This document shows positions 49,701 through 62,000 of a DNA stretch of 64,000 nt, in pieces. How positions within the stretch are numbered: position 1 is the first letter of the stretch; each line of letters starts with the position of its first letter. The notes beneath the pieces were generated by a model that searched no databases, was not told where the DNA came from, and saw nothing but the letters and a program-made list of their open reading frames with translations. Origin of the DNA: Hypanus sabinus (Eukaryota); the NCBI RefSeq assembly GCF_030144855.1, contig NW_026781221.1:310001-374000 (forward strand), given 5' to 3'. The position numbers were made by a program, and so were the translations under genes.

Positions 49701-52700
49701 CCGATTCCCTTACTGCAAATAAAAGTAAGTTTATACCCTCATCCCAGTCACTTTCATTTTCCACACAAAATCTCCTAATCATATTCTTGAGGGTAGAATG
49801 AAACCTCTCCAAGGCACCTTGCGATTCTGGATGGTATGCAGATGAAGTGATTTGCTTAGCTCCCAATTTATAAACTATCTGTTGAAACAATCCAGAAATA
49901 AAATTACTGCCTTGATCACTTTGTATCTCTTTAGGTAATCAAAAATAAGTAAAAAAAAATTATAAGGGCCTTTGTCACAGTTTTAGCTTTTATATTCCTA
50001 AGTGGTACTGCCTCTGGAAACCTAGACGAAGTACACATGATAGTCAACAAATACTGATAACCAGTTTTTGTCTTTGGTAATGGACCAGCACAATCTACAA
50101 TAACTTTAGAAAATGGTTCACCAAATGCTGGGATAGGTTGTAATGGAGCTATTGGTGTAACCTGATTTGGTTTACCCACAATTTGACAAGTATGGCACGT
50201 TTTACAAAACATCGCCACATCTTTTCTTAGACCAGGCCAGTAAAAATTTTTAAAATCTTGTCCACAGTTTTCCTTACCCCTTGATGTCCATCTAAAGGCA
50301 CACTATGAGCTAAAGTAAAAATCTCATTTCGATAAACTTTCGGTACAACTACCTGGTAAACAACATTCCAATCCTCACTTGCAGGAATTGTAGGCGATCT
50401 CCACTTCCTCATCGACACTCCTTTTTCCAAGTAATATCCTAATGGCACCTTCTCAATTTCACTATCTAGTAAAGCCTGCTCTCTTAATTTTATAATCTCA
50501 GAGCCTCTATTCTGCTCTGCTATCATCTCCTTCCGAGACAGAGATAAATCTTCATAGTCAGACTTAATCCAAGAATCTTGTTCAAACAACGAAGATAAGA
50601 AAGTCTCTGACACATCCTCAAAACTCGAATCCTGAGTTGAACAGTCCTGAGTAGCAACCTCATTCTGCGCATCAATCTTTTTAGCCATAGCTCTAGTCAC
50701 AACACAGGAAGAATCTGTGTTAGAATTCAACTCTGGTTCCTCTGAATCCATTGTCAAATGCACTTCAGGAAAAACTTGTCCACCTGCCAAGTCATTACCT
50801 AACAATAAAGAGATACCCTTCGCAGGTAAGCTATGCTGTAATCCTACTTTAACAAATCCTGTAACTAACCCTGACTTTAAATTTACTTTATGTAAATGTA
50901 CAGGCATAAAATCACTCCCAACACCTCTTATGTAATTTACCTCACCAGTATCAGACTTTTCATTAAACTTCAACACACTGTCTAACATCAGTGATTGAGA
51001 AGCACCAGTATCCCTAAGGATTTTTATTGGCACCAGAGTAGATCCTTCTTTCAAGGATACAAACCCTTCAGTTATAAAATGATCATATCCCTTTCTAACT
51101 TGGTCAGACTCTAACAAAACCTCATTTGTGTTTATCAAACCCTGTAACTTTACAGGTGTTTCAGTATGTTCCACACAGTCATCTGGAACTGCTTCCTTCT
51201 CTTTCTTTTTCAATCTGAAACAGTTAGCTATTACATGGCCAGGCTTCTTACAATAGTTACAAATAAGACCAAACTGTCTTTCCTTCACAGGCTTTCCTTC
51301 CTCCTTACATTTCTCATTAACCTCTGATTTAATTTCTGATTTACCTTGAGTCCCAATGTTATTTTTCCTCTTAAAATTTCTGCCCTGGGGAAATTTATTC
51401 TTATGGATTAAAACATACCCATCAGCTAAACTAGCACAGTCCTGCAATTTATCAGTATCCCTCTCATTTAAGTAGGTCCTTAATCCAACAGGAATGCTTC
51501 TTTTAAATTCCTCCATTAAAATCAGCTCTGTCAATGTATCATAGTCCCCATTTAAATTTTTAGAAGAAACCCATCTCTCAAAACACATAGCTTTATCATA
51601 GGCAAATTCCACATAAGTTTTATCCACAGAATTTTTCAAACTTCTGAATCTTTCCCTATAAGCTTCTGGGACTAATTCGTAATAGTTTAGGATATGCATT
51701 TTCACAATATCATAATCAAGTGCTTGCGCAGCAGTTAAAGATGTGTAAACTTGTTGTGCTTTACTTTTAATTACACTCTGTAACAACACGGACCATTTAT
51801 CTTTCGGCCACTCCGACATCTGAGCAATAGTTTCAACATGTTGAAAATATCTTTCCACTTCTGTTTCACTAAATGGAGGGACCAATTTAATTTCTTGACT
51901 AGCAACAAACGGTTTCCTTGAACCGGAAGACTGATTCCCAGAACTTACTTCCTCCATTGCATATTCAAGTGCCCTCTTCTTTTGATCCGTCTCCAATTTA
52001 CAACGCTCCAAATCAGCTTTACTCAGTTCCAACCTCATTAGTTCGAATTGCAACTGCCTTCAGATTACAAATTTGAAACTACTCTAAAACCGAATCATCA
52101 AAAACACCCGAATCCACATAGTGTGACGAGCTTTTCCTCTGTATCACAACCTTTGAAGTACCTTTAAGTTGCAATCTACGAGCTATCTCAAACACCTCAG
52201 TTTTTTCCGCCTTCGCCAACAACAAACTCATCAATATTCATCGGTGCTGAATACCACTCACAAGCCAATCAAAGAAAAGAATCGACTATTCCCCTTTTCC
52301 AAAACACCAAGTCAAAAGTTAGCAAGCATATAAACTCAAACGATCCAATCCGGACGCAGACCCCATAGTTATGTTACATATCCAGGCAACAATAAATATA
52401 TGAGTTCGGCAAGGGTTTCTATTAACAAACAACACGTTTATTAAACACAGAAAACAAACCCCCCCAAAAGTAAACAAACAGTAATGTAACCGGAAATCAA
52501 CTGCAGTGCGGCAGCTCAAACAGTTCTAAAAGCGATATTGCAACAACAGTTCTTTAAAGTGGTGTTGCCAAAAGTTCGATATGCTCACAGTCCATTTAAA
52601 AGGAAAGACTTTATAAGACGATTTAAATTCTCTTTCACGTCGCTTTGCTTCGATCCCTGACGTCGAACTTTTCCCACGAAGTATCTACGAAACAGAACGG

Positions 52701-53180
52701 CTTAAAGGCACTCACCTTTCCTTCCACACTATCCTCAATCCTTTCTGGTAATCCCAGGGATTAATGCGAGAATAGTCAACGGAATCCTTCCAAATAAGGA
52801 TCAAACAAAGGCTGAACCCGTTTCACTGTAGAAAGCGATTCTCCTCGATCTGTAACCCCTGAACTTCGATCTTCACTCTCCACTGATTCTCAAACTAGCA
52901 GAATTGTAAAGATCCTGCTGGCAATGACTTCATTATTCAACTAAACTGCGTCATCACATTAAATCACGCAGCGGCATGAAGACAACTTGGCAAATCCAGC
53001 CACGAACTGCCCCTCCTCACAGGGTGGGGTCTTCCTTTTATAACCTGAAAAAAACCCTGTCACATGATCTCTACTGGCGGGAAAATGACGTCACTCCACC
53101 ATCACAAGACCATTACCTCAAGTCCAGTATAGCTTCAAACACAGTCACGTGACACTGTCATGTGTCACGAGTACGTAATA
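46701..53180 (-). mobile_element. Nearly full-length Gmr1-like Gypsy LTR retrotransposon nested antisense in the host element
   Basis: LTRs 46701-47547 and 52372-53180, TSD GTAT, PPT at 47548-47556, tRNA-Pro-like PBS at ~52347-52365. Order is gag-PR-IN-RT(YIDD)-RH(LAVDAS), with frameshifts. Empty site in arm A at ~8242. Confidence 0.96.
50227..52053 (-). CDS. Gag-protease portion of the nested element (SCAN-like capsid, CCHC knuckle, aspartic protease); 608-aa open stretch of a frameshifted polyprotein
   Basis: PEAYRERFR...LILMEEFKRSIP..LADGY, CNYCKKPGHVIANC, ILRDTGASQSL. Confidence 0.85.
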   Translation of the reverse strand: MQFELMRLELSKADLERCKLETDQKKRALEYAMEEVSSGNQSSGSRKPFVASQEIKLVPPFSETEVERYFQHVETIAQMSEWPKDKWSVLLQSVIKSKAQQVYTSLTAAQALDYDIVKMHILNYYELVPEAYRERFRSLKNSVDKTYVEFAYDKAMCFERWVSSKNLNGDYDTLTELILMEEFKRSIPVGLRTYLNERDTDKLQDCASLADGYVLIHKNKFPQGRNFKRKNNIGTQGKSEIKSEVNEKCKEEGKPVKERQFGLICNYCKKPGHVIANCFRLKKKEKEAVPDDCVEHTETPVKLQGLINTNEVLLESDQVRKGYDHFITEGFVSLKEGSTLVPIKILRDTGASQSLMLDSVLKFNEKSDTGEVNYIRGVGSDFMPVHLHKVNLKSGLVTGFVKVGLQHSLPAKGISLLLGNDLAGGQVFPEVHLTMDSEEPELNSNTDSSCVVTRAMAKKIDAQNEVATQDCSTQDSSFEDVSETFLSSLFEQDSWIKSDYEDLSLSRKEMIAEQNRGSEIIKLREQALLDSEIEKVPLGYYLEKGVSMRKWRSPTIPASEDWNVVYQVVVPKVYRNEIFTLAHSVPLDGHQGVRKTVDKILKIFTGLV

Positions 53181-56100
53181 GTATAGGAAGGGTCTACCCA
53201 ATACCAGTAAAAATTCTTTGAGATACTGGGGCTTCTCAGTCACTTATATTAGACAGTGTTCTAAAGTTTGGTGATGAGACTAATACGGTGAGATAAATCT
53301 TATTAAAGACATTGGGAGCGGCATTTTATTAAAGGCATTGGGGCTTCTGTGCCATTGCACAAGGTAACTTTACAATCAGGACTGGTTTCCAGACCTATTA
53401 AGATTGGATTATGCTTTAGTTTACCAGTGAAACATGTCACTTTGCTGTTAGGGAATGACCTGGCAGATGGTAAAGTTGTTGCTGCAGTGCAGCTGACAAC
53501 TAAGCCAACCACTGATGACCCACAGATGGATTTTAACATTTATCTTTCCTGTGAAGTATCTCCAAGTATGGCTAAAAAGTCTGCTGGTGCAGACAGTTCT
53601 CTGCAGCATGATTCTGATACCCATGATAGCCAAAATTGGGATCCAGGTTATGCTGACTTGTCAGGAACTTCTCTGCCTTCATTGTTTCAACAGGATTCAG
53701 GTAGTAAGTCTGATGAGAAAGATTCAACCCTGTCTAGGAAGGAGTTTATAGCAGAACAGAACCGAGACCCTGAGATTGAAGTTTTAAAAGAAACTGCCCT
53801 CTCAGATGATGAGATTAAGAAAATGCAAGTGGGGTATTATCTCAAGGAGGGAGTGTTAATCAGCAAGTGGTTTCACCCGCTATACCTGCGAGTGAGGAAC
53901 GGACAGCTGTTCACCAAGTTGTAGTTTCTAAAGTTTATTGGATAGAAATTTTAACTTTGGCTCACAGCATGCCCTTAGGTGGCCATTTTGGAGTGAATAA
54001 AACTGTAAACAGGATTATGAAGGAATTTTACCGCCTAATTTGAGGAAAGGTGTTGTGACCTTTTGCAGAATCTATCACACTTGTCAAGTTGTGGGTAAAC
54101 CTAATCAGGTCATACCAGTGGCCCCACTCTGGCCTGTACCTGCATTCAGTGAACCCTTCAGTCAATACTATTGGTGAACAGTGGATTTTCTTTGCCCATT
54201 GCCTAAGACGGAAGTTGGCCATCGGTATTTGCTAACTATTATGAGTACCTCATCCAGATTCCCAGAGGAAATATCTCTCAGAAATATTAAAGCTAAAATG
54301 TGACGAAGGCTCTTACCAAGTTTTTTACTCTCTTTGGTTTGCCTAAAGCAATCCAGTCTGATCAAGGAAGTAATTTTACATCTGGTTTATTCCAGCAGAT
54401 CGGTTATGAACTGGGAGCTAAATGAATTACATCATCTGCATACCATCCGGAATCACAAGGGGCTTTAGATAGATTTCATTCTACCCTCAAAACAATGAAG
54501 AAGAGATACTGTGATGAAAATGGAAAATACTGGAATGAAGGAATATTTCTTTTTTGTTCACAGTAAGAGAGTCGGTACAGGAATCACTGGGCTTTAGTCC
54601 ATTTGAACTTGTATTTGGTCACAGCGTGAGGGGACCTTTGACCTTGTTAAAGGAACAGTGGATTGATTGGATGTGCATCTTAACTTCTTAGACTATGTTT
54701 TGAAGTTCAAAAATAAACTACACCGGTCCTGTAGCCGAGTAAGACAAAACTTATAGATTTCTCAAAACAAAATGAAGTTTTGGTTTAATAAGCAGGCCTG
54801 TGAAAGAAAATACTAGGTGGGGGTCAACATGCTTGCTTTATTTCCAATGTGGGTGAATCCACTTAAGGAGAAACTCAATGGACTGCATGAAATAATCTCT
54901 CGTTAACTACGTGAATTATGTTATTAAAAGACCAGACCAATGTAAATTAACACAGGTGGTACACATAAATAAGATAAAGCCTTATGTTGACAAGCAGGCA
55001 CCATCTGTGAGTGTTGTCAAAACATTTGAATCTGGCAACCCTGAGAATGAAACAGTTGACTCGGCTGAGACTTTTCAGAAGCCAAACATGGTCCCAGTTA
55101 GGCTAATGAACTCGGGTGTTCAAGAAAACTTTGATAACAAGTTGGCTCATCTGCAGCCATAGCAACAACAACAGCTGAAGTAATTAATTCTGAAGTTTAA
55201 ATGTTTATTTCCCAAAGTTCCCAAGCAAACCACGGTCGCAGTACACGATGTAGACTTCGGTTTAGCCAAACCGATTAAACAACACCCATATTGCATGAAG
55301 GTAGAAAAGTGTAAATTGGCCGAGCAAGAAATTGAATATATGCTGAACAATGGTATTATTAGGCCTGTGATTATGGACTGTGCCTCTAAGAACCATGTCT
55401 GTAAAAGAGAGAGAGAGAGAGAGAGAGAGATGAGCACAAGCAGCTTGTTACAGAGACAGATAGAGCGGAGGTTCAGCACAATGGTATATAAAGGAGCGTT
55501 GCTGTTTGTTTCATAGGACAGGCAGACACACAAAGGCTAGTGGGAAGAGTTGTCACTGAAGTTTTAAATGCCCACGAGGGTGGGGTTGAGGATAAGTTAG
55601 GAGGAATCAGTCTGTGACTATTAGTGCATGTAAGAGCAACCCTGTGAAATCTGCTAGAAACCCTTGCCTGGGTTGGTAGATTGTTACTTGAAGACGGTGC
55701 TCTACAGTTGGTCATGTTTGGCTAACTTGGAAGATTTGGAGGACATCGGAAGAGGGTCGAGGACACCTGTTTGGATGCAAAATCTCTCACTCACTTCAAT
55801 CCCGTGAACTGAACTGAATATCCTTACCACACCAGCGTAAGACTGTATCATTTACCAGCTAAGTTTGGGAAATATATATTTATACCTATATATGCATAAC
55901 ACTGCTAGATTTTGCACTGATTATGGAAAGGTAAATACAGTAACATAAACAGATGCTTATCCTATCCCTAGGTTGGATGATTACATTGATCAGGTTGAAA
56001 AAGCTTAATTTCTTACAAAGATTGATCTGTTGAAAGGGTATCGGTGTGTTCCATTGACAGACGAAGGTAGAGACATTTCCGTGTTTGTGACACGTTCTGG

Positions 56101-59029
56101 GTTGTACGAATACAATGTTTTGCCGTTTGGAATGAAACATGCTCTAGGAACATTCCAGAGAATGATTGATTCTGTAATTCGAGGGTTGGAACACACAGAT
56201 ACCTGTTCTAATGATGTAGTCACAGGGAGTGACACTTGGGAAGAGCATATCTCTGCAGTAGAAAAGCTGTTTGACCGGCTTTCCCAGGCCAGCCTTACAG
56301 CTAACTCAACTAAGAGTGAATTTGGCTATGCCATTGTGACCTATCTTGGCAATGTTGTAGGTCAAAGCAAATTGGCTCCTGTTCAGGCAAAAGTCCAGGC
56401 AATTTTCTATTCCGACTGGTAACAAGGTTTCTGGGAATGGTTGGATATTATCGTAAGTTCTGTAAGAACTTTGCTGGTATCGCTCTTCCACTGACTAATC
56501 TCCTGAAGAAGGGTGGCAAGTTTGTTTGGACCGAGTCTTGTCAGGAGATTGATTGAAAATTATTATTTGAGATTAGGCCAATCAATGTAGTGTCGTCAAC
56601 AAGTTTAATTTGCAGATTGGAGCTGTGAGTGGCGACACAAGTCGTGGGTGCACAGAGAGTAAAGAAGGAGACAACCCTGTGGGGTATGTGTGCTGAGGGT
56701 CAGAGAGACAGAAGTGAGGGAGTCCACACTTAGCACCTGCCGGCGATCTGACAGGAAGACCAGGATCCAGCTGCACAAGGCGGGGTGAGGTCTCTGAGCT
56801 TCTTGTCGACACTTCACGCCTTGGTATGGCTACTGCTCTGCCCATGACTGCAAGGAACTGTAGAGAACTTTGGAGAGCCGAGAACATCAGAGAAAAAAGC
56901 CTCCCCTCCATTGACTCTTCCTACACTTCCCCTACCTCAGAAAAGCAGGATATGAACTCAAAGATCCTCACAACCTGGACATTCTTGCTGCAAACCTTCT
57001 CTCCCTTCAAGGAAGCTATACAAAAGCCTTAAAGCGCGTAACACCAGGCTCAAGGTCGGCTTCCTGTCTGTGGCTATAATCCAAATGAATGATAAAATGG
57101 ACTCAACCTCACAATGTAACTCGACGTGACACTGCACCATATGTCTATCTGCACTGCACTTTCTCTGCAGCCATAATGCTTAGTTACAGTTATTGTCTTG
57201 TCGTATATCAACTCAATGTACTGTCATAATGTATTGATCTTTGTGGATGGTATGGCAGGCAAGATTTTCACTGTAGCTCAGTACGTGATGATAATAAACA
57301 ATATCCCCATTTTAATTGTGTGGAAACATTAGACAGACTGAGCTTCTGCTTTGGAACCACAGAAGGAAACTTAACAGTTGCCTTTTCTGAGGAATGCAAG
57401 TAAATAAAAAAGGCTTCAACCTCGCATTACGATCTGCGGTAACTGGGATCGTGAGCGGTGGTGGGTCTCCCATATCAATATCAGAATCAGGTTTAATAGC
57501 ACTGGCATATGTCATGAAATTTGTTGCCTCTGTGGCAGCAGTAGAACCTGATTCATAACAATAGATATTGACAATTGTAATTTAAAATAAGAATATACAT
57601 ATTAAATAGATAAATTATATATGTGTTACAAAAAATGTAATAAACTTTTAGTTGTGTGGAACTATTTGACTGACTGGGTTGTTGCTTTGGAAATTCTGCA
57701 GTGAAGCTTAGCTGAACTGTACACATTTATGAGAAGCTCAGATAAATCAAAAGGCGAAATTCTCACATAAATGGGTCACATATCCAGAAACATCGGCTGC
57801 ACTTCAGCAGGTGAAACAGTGCGATGAAACATGCTGAACGTATTGCAGGAAGAGAACATTGTCCACCCACAACGAGAGGAAGCGACAGATCCGGATCTCA
57901 CTGCCTTGGCTGAATGGGTGAAAGATGAAGCTACACGTACATGTAGAGCAGTGACCCGCTGATGCTGCAGATCTGCAGAGAAACGTGAACAGGAAACGGG
58001 ATCAGGTGACGGGTGGAGGGTCTCCCACCTGAACCAGTGTCTCCGCTCCTCACCCTCACATACTGCCCGCCCCATCCGCCGCATTACCCACATTATTTAA
58101 TATTTACATCAGAAACATCCCATTCCCTCCACCGCTATGGTCACGAAGTCATGGGCTCGATTGACATCACGGTACAACACACAAATCAGACCCAAACAGG
58201 AAGTGCGCAGGTTTCATTTAAATCAGTCTATTCACATTCCTCCAGCCTCACTGGACAGGAACACTGAGACATCAAGTGAGAAACAGCAGGAGGAGGCCAT
58301 TCAGCCCCTCTAATCATCAACAAGATGGCGGCTGCTCTGCCATCTCAGATACATGTTTCTGCCCGATCCTCATTTCCTCGATCCCTTCGATCCCCACACA
58401 TCTGCCGGACTCTGTTTTATGTGAGGACGATCACTGAGTCTTCACCGCCCTCTGTGGTGGGAATTTACAGACATTTACCACCCTCAAAGTGGAGACATTC
58501 CCCCTCCGCTCAGTCTGGGACAGTCCATCCCCTTTTTCAATGACTGGGATCCCTGGTTCAACTGGTTATGATGTTGTGCATTTCAAAGTGTTCACCTCAG
58601 TTCTGGATTCTCTAAGTGAAAGGATTATCACATTTAGTCTTTCTCCATATGATGACCCACCACTCCAGGGATCAGTCTGGTGAATCTTCATTGCACTCTC
58701 TATAACAAATACGCTCTAACCTCTTTGTTAATCCTCTGTGGAATTAATTACCATCTTCTGCAGCCCCGTGTTACACCAAACACTCACCTCCCCCCCTGTC
58801 ACTGTTTCCACCTTCCCACCTCCCCCCTCACCTGGATCCACCTCTCACTCCCCAGCTCATGCCCCATCCCCAACCCTCACCTCTTTTCTCTGACCATTTC
58901 CCGTCCACTCTCAGTCCAGAGGGAGGGTCCCGGCCCGAAATGTCGACCGTGCTTCTCCATATAGATGCTGTCTGGCCTGCTGTGTCCCACCAGCATTTTG
59001 TGTGTATTATCTGCAGACTTGGCCTCTCC

Positions 59030-59310
59030 GTTGTCCCTCCCGCCTCCGATCACAGGAGGCGCTGTAGGGACCTCCGGCCACTGGCGACGATGTGTAGACC
59101 TCCGGCCACCGGTGGTGCTGCGGAAAACCTCTCGTTAAACGCATGCGCAGTGCCGACTCCGGCTGTTGGGAGTTCTCCGACTAGAGCGGGGGTGAATGGG
59201 GTCTGACCTCGGCGGATTTCTGTACATTGGGGGCCACTTGCTTTGGGAAAGGGCCGGACCCGAGCTCTGCCGGACGGCTGCAGCAGGGGTGCAATGCCAA
59301 TCTTTTAGCT
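59030..59310 (+). promoter_or_regulatory. Arm B copy of the NRF1 promoter and first-exon candidate, pointing right
   Basis: CGCATGCGCA at 59140-59149 and donor GTGAAT at 59192. Confidence 0.45.
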
Positions 59311-59313
59311 GTA

Positions 59314-59526
59314 CGAGCGGTGATTGATTAGTTTGTGGCCTCTGTTAGAACGGCTAAAGTTATACAGCTCATGGTACATGCACTTGCAGTTTAACTCTTC
59401 GAGTGATTATACAGAAAGTTTGAAGTCAGTAACTTTTGTTGTATTTCTGTTTCAGATAATGGAAAATTGCTAGTTTTTCTGAAATCGACCTTCCGCCTGG
59501 GCCACGAATTTATCAATCACCCCTTG
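59314..59526. mobile_element. Tc1/mariner-type MITE (arm B copy)
   Basis: Same TIRs and TA flanks as 418-607. Confidence 0.8.
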
Positions 59527-60090
59527 TATGTCACACCTAATTTGTGTACCTGCTCCTTTCATGTACTGGGTAACTTCCTTGCACCATTCATGTGATCAGC
59601 ACGTACACAAATTGGGCTTTTTATAATATCAAACTCTAAACAAAGAAATATATATGAATTCCAGAGCTCCACAGAAATACGGTGATAGTTAAGACATTAA
59701 CAAGATTATAGCCAATCACTGCATTTCAGTATATAACTGGTACAATAAAACAAATAACACTTAATTTAATAATATGACAAAGTATTGCACAGTTGCATTC
59801 ACTAATAATCATAAAATATAATTACCAAGCAAGTGGAGTAACGTCGTTTGCTTAGAAGCCATAGGGTTATAAGTGAGAAAAAATTACTTTTGTATTAGCG
59901 AGTAATCCACGGACCACCACAGTCACGGCTCCAGGATTTCACCAAAAACTATCGAACATCTTATCTTAATGTTATTAGTGGCATTCCCCACCCCCCCATC
60001 CACCAACCCCTGTCCCCAACCCCCACTTCTGTAAAATGCCCTCTATTTAATATGCGGCCGCTGTTAAATTCCCCGCTTGTTTAATTTGAC

Positions 60091-60684
60091 TTTTTTTTAC
60101 AGAGGTGCTGGAGTGGTGCTCCGGTGAGCTCCGGCAGCACTGCACCCCTGTTTCGATCCAAGTAACATGGCCCCGGGGATCAAGCTGCCCGGGTTTATGA
60201 GGTGTTGAGCGAGTATTTCTGGTCTGGGATCTAGTGTTTTTTACAGAGGTGCTGGAGTGGTGCTCCGGTGAGGTCCGGAGGTGCTCTGCACCCCTGTTTA
60301 GATCCAAGTAACATGGCCCCGGGGATCAAGCTGCCCGGGTTTATGAGGTGTTGAGCGAGTATTTCTGGTCTGGGATCTAGTGTTTTTTGACAGAGGTGCT
60401 GGAGTGGCGCTCCGGTGAGCTCCGGAGGTGCTCTGCACCCCTGTTTAGATCCAAGTAAAATGGACCCGGGGATCAAGCTGCCCGGTTTATGAGGTGTTGA
60501 GCGAGTGTTTCTGGTCTGGGATCTAGTGTTTTTTACAGATGTGCTGGAGTGTTGCTCCGGTGAGGTCCGGAGGTGCACTGCACCCCTGTTTAGATCCAAG
60601 TAAACTGGACCCGGGGATCAAGCTGCCCCGGTTTATGAGGTGTTGAGCGAGTGTTTCTGGTCTGGGATCTAGTGTTTTTTTTTC
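60091..60684 (+). repeat. Tandem repeat, 4 copies of ~146 bp
   Basis: acaga(g/t)gtgctggagt recurs at 60099, 60243, 60390 and 60535; units are highly similar. Confidence 0.97.
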
Positions 60685-62000
60685 TGGAGTTTCTTTGGAC
60701 GCAATGCAGCTAATCTGAGGAGAAAATGAGTTTGTATTCCATCCCTCACAAGGACAGGCTGTGAGTAAATGGGCTGTTCTGTGTTTGAACAAGTGGAAAT
60801 AGATCTGGGGGGGGGGGTTCAGTGTTTGAACTGTGTTTGCAAATTCCTCCTTGCTGTCACCTGTCTGTCAGACAGTGGAAATCAAACAGACACTCAGGTT
60901 ACTGGAGATCTGCACAAAAATGATAAATTTTGAATCCATTCTGACAAATGATTGTGAACCTGAATCTTTAAATTTGTTGCTATCCCCACAGCAGTTCCTT
61001 ACTTTTGAGGGATTTTGGTGAATCCAGTTTCTTTTTATTGCTTTCACTCTGGAATGGTTTAAATCTCCTGATTGTCTGTTATGATTGGGATTGTGTTCAG
61101 TGCAGTTGTTGCTAACAAGGTACACGTGAATAATCTCAGGGATGATGGGCTTTATGTATGAGGAGCATTTGATGGTTCTGGACCTGTGCTCAATGGAGTT
61201 CAGAGGGACGGTGGGAGTTGCGGAGGGATGTGTGGTTAAGTAAACCTACCGAATGCTGGAAAGCCTGGATACAGTGGACATGGAAAGGATGTTTCCATTA
61301 GACAGAGAGTCTGTGATCTGACAGCACAGGCTCAGAATAAAGATACTTCCCTTCAAAACTGTGATGAGAAAAACAATTTCAGCCAAAAGATGACTGATCT
61401 GTGGAATTTGTTGTCATAGAGGTTGGTTGAGGCTGCTATTTGGGTATATTTATGACAGAGATTAATATATTGATAATTGCTAAGTAGGTTCAGGGTTACA
61501 GAAGGAAGGCAGGAATATGGTGTTGGAATAAATCTCCGCCATGGTTGAGTGGTGGAGCAGACTCGATAGATCGAATCATCTAATTCTGTCCCGACATCTC
61601 ATATCTTACCATGACTGAACAATGACTCCTTCCTATCCCATATCAGGTTCGGTGACGTGTCAGGGACAATTACAGATTTGTTCACTGAGACCGTTATATT
61701 TGTCTTCAATGTTTAGATTTCAGCAAGCAGAAATATTTTGTTCTCATTTGTATTGTTAACATGCTTCATTATCGTTCGTGTTAAAGTTAGACCTGCGGTG
61801 AGAGATTTATTGGAAGAAATACCCACAACTGGAAGCAAACCACGAATGAAGATGAGGGAGCAGCAGCAAGCGAACCAGCACGAGGACTGAGAGCACCGAC
61901 TAGAGAGAAACCCTTTTGACTCAGGGTTTCCATTGATTCAGTCGGGAACAAGTCTGGTGAGTCTCATTTACTCAAACACTGGTCCTTTAGACGTCACAAG

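Larger units (their letters stand above)
44524..56563 (+). mobile_element. Decayed Gmr1-like Gypsy element, arm B copy (5' LTR 44524-45346), interrupted by a nested element
   Basis: TGTTA..TAACA LTR, PBS-like tggggcctgcgtctgagat, gag 45461-46510, PR ~53210, IN ~53900-54900, RT 55200-56500. Same truncation point as arm A. Confidence 0.92.
38092..59617. repeat. Arm B of the inverted segmental duplication
   Basis: Reverse complement of arm A, with arm-specific insertions and deletions. Homology ends at ...gtacacaaattggg (~59617). Confidence 0.93.

Noticed and set aside
50227-52053. Domesticated Gag/SCAN host gene
   Set aside because: It lies inside a two-LTR element with a TSD, the upstream gag start is frameshifted and pol is broken. 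An open stretch this long fits a fairly young insertion.
328-59617. Assembly fold-back artefact
   Set aside because: The arms differ by many substitutions, by TSD-flanked insertions and by finger content.
60091-60684. CRISPR array or tRNA-derived repeat (A-box-like gtgctggagtgg and B-box-like gtttcgatcc)
   Set aside because: Units are whole-length repeats with no unique spacers, and there are no cas genes. No acceptor or T-stem pairing can be drawn, and the B-box-like motif is only in unit 1.
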